The position numbers and the translations under genes were made by a program. Shown one piece after another: positions 28,935-38,521 of a DNA stretch of 64,000 nt (positions within the stretch are counted from its first letter, which is position 1; every line of letters starts with the position of its first letter). A model generated the notes under the pieces. That model was not told the DNA's origin. It did no database searches and was given only the letters and a program-made list of their open reading frames with translations. Origin of the DNA: Candidatus Latescibacterota bacterium (GTDB lineage: Bacteria; Latescibacterota; UBA2968; GCA-2709665); contig OZ242358.1 in assembly GCA_965208835.1 (NCBI GenBank), forward strand, positions 3,232,001 through 3,296,000. Reading direction: 5' to 3'.

Positions 28935-28977
28935 CAGCCCCGTGTCAGTCGTTATACACGGGGCTGGCTTTTTTTTT
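28935..28977 (+). terminator. Rho-independent terminator
   Basis: CAGCCCCGTGT / ACACGGGGCTG stem followed by a T run, just after the receptor stop. Confidence 0.9.
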
Positions 28978-29203
28978 GGTCTGATCGTCGAACCCTGGCA
29001 GCATACCAACGGCGAAAAAACTACTCGTATTCCAGGCTCTCAGCACGCCGTTCCGCATCCCTGCCCGACATCGCCCGCCGCATCACGCGTTCCACAACAC
29101 GTGGAAACCAGGTACCCCGAACAACCGCCGTACCGTTTCCGAAACCCGGGACAAGCCGACGTTTTCTCTTACCGATGCCCCGAAGGATGACCTCCGGCGA
29201 TAA

Positions 29204-30163
29204 TCAGACCCCTACGGCATCGGCCATGAATCCTTGATATGCTTCGCGATAGTGAGGCTCCCAATCCGCCCGATCAGGTTGCCATTGCCGGGCGGCCATC
29301 CAGCCCAGGGCGATCTTCGTTGCGGTATCCAGGTCGGAACCCTCGAGGCTCGCGAGTCCCGCTTTGCGGCGTTTTGCAGCCATTCTGGGGACGAGGTCCC
29401 TGTGGCCGGGTCGATTTCTGTCCCCTGAATTCAAGACCTGGAGATACGCGGGATCCAGAATCCACGGGCGGCGATTCGGGTGGATATCGATCAGGACCGC
29501 GCGCTCCCCTTCCGGCGGCGGATCTCTCATCAATCCGTTGCACAGGTGAAAGTCTTCGAAACAGGTTTCGGATCCACACTTCGCGAGGATGAACTGCCAA
29601 TGGTCATCGAGTCTCGACAGAAGCCCGTCGACGGGTCCCGGACAACGCTGCCGGATCCCGCCCTCCAGCCAGCCGGAGACTTCGGTCCGCGACGTGACGT
29701 CCAGCGTGGGATCGTTAATCAGGTTCGCGTATTGATAGAAGCGAGTCCCCGCGTCGAGCATCAACTCGAACTCCCTTCCGTTCCAGGAATTCCCCAGAGG
29801 TCCGTAAGGGATGGCTTCCGATGCCAGCCAATGCACGTCGATCTCCCCCAGGCGGGATCCCGCGGCATAGACTCCCGGGACCAGGTCCGGCGCACGGCGA
29901 TTCAGTTCCCTGCACCAGAAGTTTTCTCGCGGGCTGGTACCGACTTTTATAATGACGACCAGGCCCGTTTCTCGATGCAACCCCCGGAGATGCACCGCTC
30001 TCAATCCGTATTCCTGGACGAACAGCTCGATGTTGCTCGCGATTGAAGTGATTTCTGCCGTCTGGTTCACGGCGTCAAGAATCGCCCGCAAGACCGCGTC
30101 CGACCGCGATACCCGTCCATGGTGGCCGAAGATATTCACTGAACAATTCCTGTCTTGTCGCAT
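29204..30163 (-). CDS. Aminoglycoside phosphotransferase / kinase-like protein
   Basis: IIKV, EDFHLCN (Brenner-like), VLID; divergent. Confidence 0.65.
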   Translation of the reverse strand: MRQDRNCSVNIFGHHGRVSRSDAVLRAILDAVNQTAEITSIASNIELFVQEYGLRAVHLRGLHRETGLVVIIKVGTSPRENFWCRELNRRAPDLVPGVYAAGSRLGEIDVHWLASEAIPYGPLGNSWNGREFELMLDAGTRFYQYANLINDPTLDVTSRTEVSGWLEGGIRQRCPGPVDGLLSRLDDHWQFILAKCGSETCFEDFHLCNGLMRDPPPEGERAVLIDIHPNRRPWILDPAYLQVLNSGDRNRPGHRDLVPRMAAKRRKAGLASLEGSDLDTATKIALGWMAARQWQPDRADWEPHYREAYQGFMADAVGV

Positions 30164-30217
30164 ATGGAGCCGCTCGTATCGGCACTGTTTTCGAAGACCT
30201 GATCAGCCACCGGGACG

Positions 30218-31300
30218 TCAGAAGTGGTCTGGCGCCCAGAAGATTACCTCGCGGCGGGGGAACCACGCTTCGAGTTGGCGAATTTCCCCGGCTTCAAGCG
30301 AAATCCCACGGGCGCGAAGGATCGGTTCCAGGTCGCGGCCCGAGGACTCTCCAAACAGGAGCCGGCACACCAGGTCGACCGGCAGCCTGCGCGCCAGTTC
30401 CGCCGCATCGGGAACGGTCATGGCGATCAGCGACTCGACATCGCACGGCAGGACCATCATCGAGTTGTCGCCCCCGAGTCTCAGGTCGGCGTCGGTGGCG
30501 GCGACAAGAGCGTCGACGAAGGCGTGGCCGTGGGGAATCACGCCGTGGACCCGGGTCACCCCGGCTTCGTCAATCACGCACTGAACGAGGGTATCAAGGG
30601 CGGACGCGTTGTCGTAAGCGACCTCATACACCGTCGCTTCGTCGCCATTCCGCACCCAGTTCATGTAACCGCAGAGTCCCGCCGGGCTACGGACGACGAC
30701 GGCGGGCAGCACGCCTCGCACGCGTGAGGGCGCGTAGTCCCAGTACGGACGCGGACGCAGCATCGTGCCGCTCCGGCCGGCGTTGTGACGCTCATAGAGC
30801 GCGATCGTCTCCTCCAGGTCGCGGCTCTCATCGAACGGCAGGACTTCGAGCGCGCGCCGCTCCCGGTTCGGAGAAAGTCGCAACTCCGCGTGAAAGCCCA
30901 TCAGCGGTACGCAGCACCAGCCGAGGCGCCGGTAGAATCGCGCAGGAATCGCGCTGAAGAGCAGACCCAGGTCATATCCATCGTCCCGCATGTGCTCCGC
31001 CGCATGCTCCATCAGGCGGGTGGCGATGCCGCGTTCACGGTAATCGGGATGCGTGGTAACGCCGCCGATGCCGCCCATGCGAACGGGTGTGGCGCCGAGG
31101 TGGACCCGGCGGTCCCAGATGCGCAGCGTGGATACGATCCGATTGCCGACAACGACAACCGGCGTGTGCGACGGGCGCCACGTCGGGTCGCCTTCGATAT
31201 AACCCCGGTACCGCTCACGGCCGTCGGGGTTGTGCACGGCGCAGAGCAGATCCAGGAGATCCTCGAGCTCCGATTCACGAATTGGACGAATCGTTTCCAT
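30218..31300 (-). CDS. GNAT acetyltransferase (Eis-like)
   Basis: GGIGGVTTHPDYRERGIA, FYRRLGW; likely start ATG 31300. Confidence 0.9.
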   Translation of the reverse strand: METIRPIRESELEDLLDLLCAVHNPDGRERYRGYIEGDPTWRPSHTPVVVVGNRIVSTLRIWDRRVHLGATPVRMGGIGGVTTHPDYRERGIATRLMEHAAEHMRDDGYDLGLLFSAIPARFYRRLGWCCVPLMGFHAELRLSPNRERRALEVLPFDESRDLEETIALYERHNAGRSGTMLRPRPYWDYAPSRVRGVLPAVVVRSPAGLCGYMNWVRNGDEATVYEVAYDNASALDTLVQCVIDEAGVTRVHGVIPHGHAFVDALVAATDADLRLGGDNSMMVLPCDVESLIAMTVPDAAELARRLPVDLVCRLLFGESSGRDLEPILRARGISLEAGEIRQLEAWFPRREVIFWAPDHF

Positions 31301-31349
31301 GGTATTCGTTTTGGCCTGACGAACGCAGCCTCCGCGCGGCGATCTGTTG

Positions 31350-32216
31350 TCAGCCGTCGATTGCCAGCGACAATCCGTCGTATGCGATTCTGTACCCGTT
31401 TTCCGCGGCATAGGCGTCGAGTTCGTCGTGCTCCAGGTATCCTTCGTGCGAAATGTGAGTCGCGTAGACCCGTGCGTTGTCCTTCAGGAGACCGCTGCGC
31501 CTGAAGCGGTCCACGTGGCCGATGACGTCGACGGATGCAAGATGGTCGGGCGGGCTGATGTCGATTCCGACGCCGTATGTGTGATCGAGGATGAGCAGAT
31601 CGAACCGGGTGCCGGCAATCAGCAGGTGCTCCCATACGTGCTCCGGAAGCACCGAGGTATCCGTACCGTAGAATATGGCCTGCCGGCCCTGCTCGATCGC
31701 ATAGAGCAGGGCGCCCTCTACCGTGCCGTGGTTCGCGGGAAACCCTGTGACGCGATAATTGCCGATGACACGTCCCTCGAATGGCTCGAGGCGCAACGGA
31801 TCGATCCCAAGCGCACGCCGGGCCTTTCGATCGAAGATGCTGCCGTATCGGCATCTCTCGGACAGGTCGTTGTCGATGGCTCTCAGCGTATCGATTGAAC
31901 CCGCCAGTATCATCTCTTTCGCGAGGACAGTCCCATAGGACTCGTGCCTCGACATGATGAACTCGGGGTCGTAGTGGTCCTCGTGGGCGTGCGTCATGAG
32001 GCAGACGCCGATTCCCGTGAGGGATACGTCATGGACGTATGACGCGCTGACGACGTCCGGACCGATATCCACCATCAGGTCGTCGTTGACGACGATGGAC
32101 GACCGCCTTCTGAGGTTCTTTCCGCCCGCCCGCCTCGCGCCGGTACAGGCCTCGCACACGCAGAACGGGCTGGGCACCGAAGGCGCGGCCGATGTTCCGA
32201 GAAACATGACTTGCAT
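31350..32216 (-). CDS. MBL-fold metallo-hydrolase (PhnP-like)
   Basis: FLGTSA, CVCEAC, THAHEDH, THISH, AYDG. Confidence 0.92.
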   Translation of the reverse strand: MQVMFLGTSAAPSVPSPFCVCEACTGARRAGGKNLRRRSSIVVNDDLMVDIGPDVVSASYVHDVSLTGIGVCLMTHAHEDHYDPEFIMSRHESYGTVLAKEMILAGSIDTLRAIDNDLSERCRYGSIFDRKARRALGIDPLRLEPFEGRVIGNYRVTGFPANHGTVEGALLYAIEQGRQAIFYGTDTSVLPEHVWEHLLIAGTRFDLLILDHTYGVGIDISPPDHLASVDVIGHVDRFRRSGLLKDNARVYATHISHEGYLEHDELDAYAAENGYRIAYDGLSLAIDG

Positions 32217-32252
32217 TGCCTTACCGGTCTCCGATGAAGTGCGCCGCAGAGC

Positions 32253-33155
32253 TCACTTCAGGTGCTCCGTCCGCAGTTCCCGCGACCACTCGAAGTAATC
32301 GTACAGCCTTACCAGTTCGAATTCATCGACGACGTCGGCCGCGGATCGCTCCGGGGTCTCGCTATAGATCACCGAGGTGCCCACCTCCCCCGTGATGACG
32401 ATGCGCACGGCTTCGCCGTACTTTCGCTTGATATCGTCGAACCTTGCCCGATTCTTGTCGAGATGCACCACCTCAAAATCCAGATTGATGCGGGCGGATG
32501 CCCAGCTTCTGTAGTTATTGCTCGTGTCCAGGGTGGTCCCCTGGGGATCGATGACGGTGCAGGGCGTCCCCCTGTAGACCGAGCCGACGAAGTAGGCCTG
32601 CACGTCCAGCGCCCAGAAGTTTTGCACCAGGCCGCCGTGGTACATGGAACTGAAGAGTAGCAGTTTCGGCTTGAGCTTTTTGTACTGCGCCCGCAATTCG
32701 CCAAAGTTCAGGTCGAAACAGATCACCCCGCCCACGGGACCGAATTCCGTGCGGATCAGCGTCGCTCCGGGACCTGGACGCGTGCCGTGATCGAATTCCG
32801 GGTACACCGGAATGTACTTGCGGTAGATGCCGGCCAGTTCCCCCTGCCGGTCGAGCAACCCGAGGACGTTGAAGACGGCCTCGCTCTTGGGTTCTTTCTG
32901 ATGCACCGGCACAGTGATGTAGCAGTTGTATTCCCGCGCCAGGCCAGCCAAAAGCTGTGTCGTCGGTCCTTCCGGCACCTCTTCGTCGCAGGTGCGGCAA
33001 ATGGTCTCCGGCAGGACGATCAGATCGGGCGTAGTGGCGCGCGCGACCTGTCCCACCAGGTCTTTCAGGTCCTTATGGGTCTGCGCCATCACCTTCTCAT
33101 CATCACCGCTGATCGGGGCGTACGAAATGCTGGAAACGACGATGTAATTGCTCAT
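32253..33155 (-). CDS. Carbon-nitrogen hydrolase (nitrilase superfamily)
   Basis: DLIVLPE, YRK, ICFDLNF triad motifs; AAGGAAG RBS before ATG 33155. Confidence 0.92.
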   Translation of the reverse strand: MSNYIVVSSISYAPISGDDEKVMAQTHKDLKDLVGQVARATTPDLIVLPETICRTCDEEVPEGPTTQLLAGLAREYNCYITVPVHQKEPKSEAVFNVLGLLDRQGELAGIYRKYIPVYPEFDHGTRPGPGATLIRTEFGPVGGVICFDLNFGELRAQYKKLKPKLLLFSSMYHGGLVQNFWALDVQAYFVGSVYRGTPCTVIDPQGTTLDTSNNYRSWASARINLDFEVVHLDKNRARFDDIKRKYGEAVRIVITGEVGTSVIYSETPERSAADVVDEFELVRLYDYFEWSRELRTEHLK

Positions 33156-33243
33156 GGATTCTTCCTTTCGTGAGACGATATGTGTGCCTTGAATTCCGTA
33201 GTCCATCATCCTGGATCGTCATCGATCCGTACCGGGAAAAGCC

Positions 33244-33612
33244 TCAAGAACGCTTCTCTGGACCGTCACCCGCGCCGACCCAGACCCGATTCCCGTCGGG
33301 ATCACGCACTCTGAATTCCGTCATGTCGTAGAAAGTTACGCCGATGGGGTCGGGGTCGAATCCGGCGGCAATCAAGCGATCACGTATCGATTGAATTTCG
33401 GACGCATAGTAGTAAACGACAGTTGCGGCGTTCGACTCCGTTCGGATCGATCGGTCAATCATCACCTGGCAACCATGTTCACCTTCGAGTATGGCGTGGC
33501 CCCAATCATCCCTGCGGCGGACGATCTTCAGACCCAGCCCTTGCGAATAGAAGGCAATCGCTTGATCCAGATCGGTTATCGGAACCATCGAAGTAATGCG
33601 ATGTATACTCAC
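33244..33612 (-). CDS. VOC/glyoxalase family protein
   Basis: DLDQAIAFY, EFRVRDPDGN. Confidence 0.9.
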   Translation of the reverse strand: MSIHRITSMVPITDLDQAIAFYSQGLGLKIVRRRDDWGHAILEGEHGCQVMIDRSIRTESNAATVVYYYASEIQSIRDRLIAAGFDPDPIGVTFYDMTEFRVRDPDGNRVWVGAGDGPEKRS

Positions 33613-33632
33613 AGTTTTCGCCTCTCTGCTGA

Positions 33633-34154
33633 TTACTTCAAGGTGGTCAGGCCATGCCTTAAGCGGATCTGTCGCCCGTCATCCCGGACGCCGCCATCGC
33701 GGCGCCACCCAAAGGCCTCGTAGAAGGCAATTCCGCGCACGTAACCTTCCACGGTCCAAACGATCGCCTCGTTGTACCCGTCCGCAGCCAGATGCCGCAG
33801 TGCGACGGACATTAATGCCGTGCCGATTCCTGTGCGCCAGTGCGACGGATCGACAGCGATCGTATCGAGTTCACCGAGGCGTTCATCGACCGGGTCCCGG
33901 CTGGGTCCGATGCCGGCGACCCCTGCAGTTGTACCCGAATGTTCAGCGACCCACCAGCGATTTGGGACGGGTTGATCCAGATCACGCCGCCACCTGTCCG
34001 TAAGGGCAGGTGTTACGGTTCTGTCGGCCCGCGATAGCAACGCGCCGAATCCAACGTTCCAGGAATCGACGTAAATGCGCGCGACAGTCTCGGCGTCAGC
34101 AGAGGTGGCGGGTCGGATCGTCGGTGGTATTATTCCTTTCGCGTGTTGTTTCAT
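33633..34154 (-). CDS. GNAT acetyltransferase
   Basis: IRPAT, AVDPSHWRTGIGTAL, FYEAFGW. Confidence 0.92.
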   Translation of the reverse strand: MKQHAKGIIPPTIRPATSADAETVARIYVDSWNVGFGALLSRADRTVTPALTDRWRRDLDQPVPNRWWVAEHSGTTAGVAGIGPSRDPVDERLGELDTIAVDPSHWRTGIGTALMSVALRHLAADGYNEAIVWTVEGYVRGIAFYEAFGWRRDGGVRDDGRQIRLRHGLTTLK

Positions 34155-34225
34155 CTGACGGCTTCCGTCACGAGCTCGTTGTCATGCGAAAGATAAGCAA
34201 TCAGCTGATACGAGGTGATCAGAGA

Positions 34226-34747
34226 TCAGGTCTGATAGGAATAGACAACGTCAGCGTCCGTGAGAGCTGTGGATAGCTCGGGCACCGAGTCGACCGGGAT
34301 AAGCTGAATGCTCCATCGGTGCAAGATTTCGGGCATTGCATATACTTCCGATCCGATTGCTTCGACCGGTTCTCTGGAGATGTATTCGTTGCTGGGCGTC
34401 TTCGTGAAATGGCGGTCTTCGAAGATATAGACGTTGGCCTCAAATTCCACTATCCGCGTCTCATCCTCACGATTCACGAAGATGCAACACCTTCTGGCCG
34501 GATCTGTCTCGAATCCCAGGATGGAAAGCTCTCCCCTGGATTCTTCAGAGTTCCTGACTCTTATTCTATGAATTTTCGGAAACAGGTGAATTGAAATCTC
34601 TTCAAGGTCGCCGGCGTAGAGCAGGCAGTCCGGGATATAGCCTGGCTTGGAACGTCTGCTGCTGCTCCGAAAATCCTCGGTCCGGTAGAATCTCGTTGGC
34701 TCGAACAACAAACTCTCGCGCGGAGCAGATACCTTGTATAGATGCAT
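34226..34747 (-). CDS. Hypothetical protein
   Basis: Clean ORF in array orientation with AAGG upstream; no family recognised. Confidence 0.65.
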   Translation of the reverse strand: MHLYKVSAPRESLLFEPTRFYRTEDFRSSSRRSKPGYIPDCLLYAGDLEEISIHLFPKIHRIRVRNSEESRGELSILGFETDPARRCCIFVNREDETRIVEFEANVYIFEDRHFTKTPSNEYISREPVEAIGSEVYAMPEILHRWSIQLIPVDSVPELSTALTDADVVYSYQT

Positions 34748-35058
34748 TGTATCGACACCTGCCTTGCAGCGGAATCACGCTTCAGACGATCTGTTTCGCC
34801 AGTAGAAATACGACGATATATTCCAATTTTTCATAGATCTGGTGGGTTTGGAATTCAGCGTGTGGTCCTATTCACGATAAATCTCATAGTGAAAAGAGGA
34901 CAACCGTAAAATTGGCCACATAAAGCACAAAAGGCACAGAAGGTATCGGTGCGATGCGGCTTGTGTCGTAACGCCAATGCTGCCCAGGACAAAGTGACCG
35001 GCGGAACAAAAAACCGCACACCCGCGGGAGGCCATCAGGTAGTTGCGATTGCCTTTCC

Positions 35059-35213
35059 CCGGAGCGAGGGCATCCCTGCCCTCGACGGCGAACAGGAAGG
35101 ATCTATGCGCCGCCATCCCAGATGTGGTGTTGGATCGAAGGGGAGCAATCGGCCCTTGATGTGGAGATTCGTCGGTTGCTCGAAGTTCGAGGGCAGGGAT
35201 GCCCTCGCTCCGG
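35059..35213. repeat. REPIN-like element (27-bp perfect inverted repeats)
   Basis: CCGGAGCGAGGGCATCCCTGCCCTCGA (35059-35085) and its exact reverse complement (35187-35213). Confidence 0.8.
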
Positions 35214-35333
35214 TTTTTGGTGGATCATATCGTGATAAAGTGCAGGTCGCCCTCGGTCGCAGGGCGCTCGCGCCCAATGTGGCGACCTGGCGGTTCTACC
35301 AGGTTTTGGGGCCGCAAATACGGCGTGGATTCC

Positions 35334-35494
35334 ATGTCCGATATGAAATATACGCCATTCGTAATCGCGTCACGCGTTAAATCCATTTAGCGATATCAAT
35401 ATCGGGACAACGTGAATCCAAAGCACAAAGGCAAGGATCTTGTCGTTGACATTGAATCCCGTGAATATGTCATCAATCACTGCAATCCAAGGTA
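35334..35494 (+). pseudogene. Decayed small gene (DUF5678-like / putative antitoxin-type family)
   Basis: MSDMKYTPFVIASRVKSI*RYQYRDNVNPKHKGKDLVVDIESREYVI resembles the recalled pattern IYxxxIRxxVEPxHKGKFLVIDIETGDYEI; internal TAG. Confidence 0.4.
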
Positions 35495-35765
35495 ATTTGA
35501 TAAAGACGATTTTGGCCAGGTGTGAGCAAACATGTCGTTCAGCAGGCGAGACCCGCGTTCGGGACCCGTGATTCTCGCATCTACCGTCCTACGGGAGTCT
35601 ATGCCGTCAGTCTCAGGATCGGTCAGAGGAATGAACGACCCTTAAATCTATTCCAATCAGGAATAGATGCCGGCGGCGTCAGATGAATCCTGAATCGGTC
35701 CATCATCGAGCCGACGCAACCCCGGTGTGCATGCTGAAATTGTCGTATAAGGTACATGTCCGATG

Positions 35766-36491
35766 TCAGTTTTGTAATGTCGATCGATGAAAGTACCAAA
35801 TGTTCGGTTCACGGTATGTGCCCAGATTCTCTTCCTGGTCGATCGTGATTGGCGCCAGACCGTCTGGAATGCAGTAGGATCCCGACGTTGAGAATCGCAT
35901 TCCCGTCCATTTCTCCCAGTCCTGGTTCGATGCAGTCACCGTAAGCGATTTGTGCATGAAACCCAGTCTTTCGCCACCCATTTCCTCGTGGACACGCAAC
36001 CACGGATCCAGCAGACGACCTTTGTCATCCCGGCGTTCGGCATACGCTTCGATTGAAGCTTCCGCGAACTCGTGTTTCCGATTCGGCCTTACGGGGGCCA
36101 GGAAGCCCCGCAATCCCTTCGCTGTCGACAGAGATCGCATTTCGGAAAGGATCTTTCGACTAATTCCCCTTCTGCGATACATCGGCCGCACGAGAACGCC
36201 CAGAGCACTGAGTACACCTGCAGTCTTTACCGGCCAACGGGCCGAATAGACCATCTCGTCGATCGTCGAAGGCAAGGGATCGCCTGGCACCCATTCAAAC
36301 GGTACGGTCAAGCCCGCAGCCACCAGGGCACTGTGTTCGAGAACGAGGATCTGAAAGCCCTGAAACTTCGTGTAAATGGAAGACCAGTTCCGAATATCCG
36401 CGCGCAACAGAAACTCGGGCCACGTGGAATCATTGAGTTCTTTCAAGGCGCCAGACATTTCGGGCATTCGGTCAAGTGTGACCAGATCCAT
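35766..36491 (-). CDS. GNAT-fold acyltransferase
   Basis: VRPMYRRRGIS, LAPVRP, DPWLRVHEEMGG. Confidence 0.85.
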   Translation of the reverse strand: MDLVTLDRMPEMSGALKELNDSTWPEFLLRADIRNWSSIYTKFQGFQILVLEHSALVAAGLTVPFEWVPGDPLPSTIDEMVYSARWPVKTAGVLSALGVLVRPMYRRRGISRKILSEMRSLSTAKGLRGFLAPVRPNRKHEFAEASIEAYAERRDDKGRLLDPWLRVHEEMGGERLGFMHKSLTVTASNQDWEKWTGMRFSTSGSYCIPDGLAPITIDQEENLGTYREPNIWYFHRSTLQN

Positions 36492-36576
36492 CTACTTGAT
36501 CCAATTGGAAAGGAAGGTAGCGACGGCGCGGGTTCATGCGCTGATGTGCACGGGTGAAAGTTCAACGCTGATGTTC

Positions 36577-37041
36577 TTACGTATCCATCAATTCCATTCG
36601 GACGAATTCGAACTCCCCGCCATTCGTCCGGTTCATATAATGTTCGACCTCCCTGAAACCAATTCGTTGATAAACCTTGATCGCGCGCGTGTTGAATGCC
36701 GCAACGTGAAGCTGGATGGTCTTCGGCGAGAATCGAGACTGCGCGAAGTCCAGGCCTGCGCGCACGAAATCTGACCCTGAGCCCTTCCCCGTCAGGTCCG
36801 GACGAAGTCCCAGACCGTAATCCACCGCGCCACCCGTGATCTGGAACGCGAAAAACCCGATCAATTCGCCTGCGCCGTCCCGAACGCCGAACATCGAGTC
36901 GCCGCGAAGCGCGGGATCCAGAAGCTCCGCCAGATCGTCGGCATCCGCCTCGGCATCGTAGAATGCATACTCGCCATCGTAATGCCAGGTGGCAATTGTC
37001 TCGGCGTCCGATTGAGTCAGTGGTTCTATGTGGAACTGCAC
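36577..37041 (-). CDS. GNAT acetyltransferase (RimJ/RimL-like)
   Basis: GTG start 37041 with GGAG; WHYDGEYAFYD, GLGLRPDLTGKG, VAAFNTRAIKVYQRIGF. Confidence 0.9.
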   Translation of the reverse strand: MQFHIEPLTQSDAETIATWHYDGEYAFYDAEADADDLAELLDPALRGDSMFGVRDGAGELIGFFAFQITGGAVDYGLGLRPDLTGKGSGSDFVRAGLDFAQSRFSPKTIQLHVAAFNTRAIKVYQRIGFREVEHYMNRTNGGEFEFVRMELMDT

Positions 37042-37073
37042 CGGATGTACTCCATTGATCTTCGATCTGGCGT

Positions 37074-37544
37074 TCAGTCCGTTGTCGCCTGCCGACGGCG
37101 CAGACGCTCCAGGCTCTCCCGAGACCACACTTCGTTCCTGTCGTATCCCTTTTCAAATTGTGGAACATCCGCCGGCAACTTGAGCCAGGCATGCTTGTCC
37201 ACCGTCCAGATGTGTGCGCCGATCTCAAGCATCCTGATGTCATCCAGCGTTCTCGAGTTTAGAAGCGCCGTTTCAGGGTGATTCGTGGCAGTCCTGTAAA
37301 TGACATCACCGCAGGACTTGCAGATGAATTCCGTTCGTTGCGTCGATATCTTCCTGAACGAAACGTCGCCCTGATTGATCACGATGTCGCTTTCCAGGAC
37401 GATGGTTGTAATCCGGAAGGCGGAACCGGACGCTTTCTGGCAATCGAGGCAGTGACATGCGTGTACGAAAAGGGGCGGGTACCGGAGCCCGTATCGGACC
37501 TCTCCGCAACCGCAGCCGCCTGAGAACCGGGAGCACTTATTCAT
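37074..37544 (-). CDS. GFA family protein (CENP-V-like)
   Basis: GGCGCGEVRY, CHCLDCQKASG, CKSCG, AHIW. Confidence 0.92.
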   Translation of the reverse strand: MNKCSRFSGGCGCGEVRYGLRYPPLFVHACHCLDCQKASGSAFRITTIVLESDIVINQGDVSFRKISTQRTEFICKSCGDVIYRTATNHPETALLNSRTLDDIRMLEIGAHIWTVDKHAWLKLPADVPQFEKGYDRNEVWSRESLERLRRRQATTD

Positions 37545-38505
37545 CGATTTCTCCAACCGCCTTGCCGAATTGGACGTCGGTTGAGCTCGCATTGAAATAG
37601 CTCCTCAACCGGGAAAATGCTTCGCTTTTGTATTCATTGGGGAAACTGTGCCCGCATTTCTGTACGGCAAGATACAGATGATCGGACAAACCCTTTGGTT
37701 CGTAGAACTCCCTTCTGGCCTCGTCGAAATATCCACTAATCTGCTCGATCATCTCGGGGGTCTTGTCCAGAGATTGCAGCACCGTCATCAGATAGCGCGG
37801 CGCAATTGGCAGAAGGTTCTTCTTTGTGACCCGCCCCGTTACAAGCCCCGCCTTGACGCGCGGATCGCGAGCCATCGTACTGGCAGCCTGCGCCGAACCC
37901 ATGGAGTGACCGATCACGCCAATGCGTTCAGAATCCACAAAGTCCAGTGCTGAAAGAACATCGACCGCGCGCATTCCATCGTACGCGTGTTTGAACCAGA
38001 AAGGCCGGCCCAGTGGCTCGTTCAAAATCTGATGACAGTGCTTGTTCTCATAGGGATGCCTGATTTCAGGAATATTACGCTCGCCGCAATTTATCGCATC
38101 AGGCGCCAGAACGACAAACCCTTGAATAACAAGCTCATAGCCATAGGCCTGATCGGGGCGTTGGACGGCCTTCCCGACAACGGCATCTTTTGCAATAATG
38201 CAATCGGTGTTGCACTGATGAAAGGCAACCATTGCCGGGTAAGGTGGTGAGAATCGCTCATCTTTGGGGACCAGAAGGTATGCCGGGATGCTTCTTCCCG
38301 ACAACTGAGGCATCGTTTCTTCGGTCTCAACGCGATAATCTATCTTCCATTCTTCGTAAACGTGATCACGATCGGACCTATAGTGCTTGTCCAGAACCTG
38401 AACGTCGAGCGGAGGAGGAACAGGATATTCAGCCACTTCCTCCTCAATTTGCCTTATGAAGTGTTCACGTTCCTGTCTGATGGACATGATCATGAATTCG
38501 CTCAA
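37537..38505 (-). CDS. Alpha/beta hydrolase (dienelactone hydrolase / acetylxylan esterase-like)
   Basis: PAYLLVP, GFVVLAPD, VDSERIGVIGHSMG. Confidence 0.88.
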   Translation of the reverse strand: MSEFMIMSIRQEREHFIRQIEEEVAEYPVPPPLDVQVLDKHYRSDRDHVYEEWKIDYRVETEETMPQLSGRSIPAYLLVPKDERFSPPYPAMVAFHQCNTDCIIAKDAVVGKAVQRPDQAYGYELVIQGFVVLAPDAINCGERNIPEIRHPYENKHCHQILNEPLGRPFWFKHAYDGMRAVDVLSALDFVDSERIGVIGHSMGSAQAASTMARDPRVKAGLVTGRVTKKNLLPIAPRYLMTVLQSLDKTPEMIEQISGYFDEARREFYEPKGLSDHLYLAVQKCGHSFPNEYKSEAFSRLRSYFNASSTDVQFGKAVGEIDE

Positions 38506-38521
38506 TCACAATGGGTCGGGA

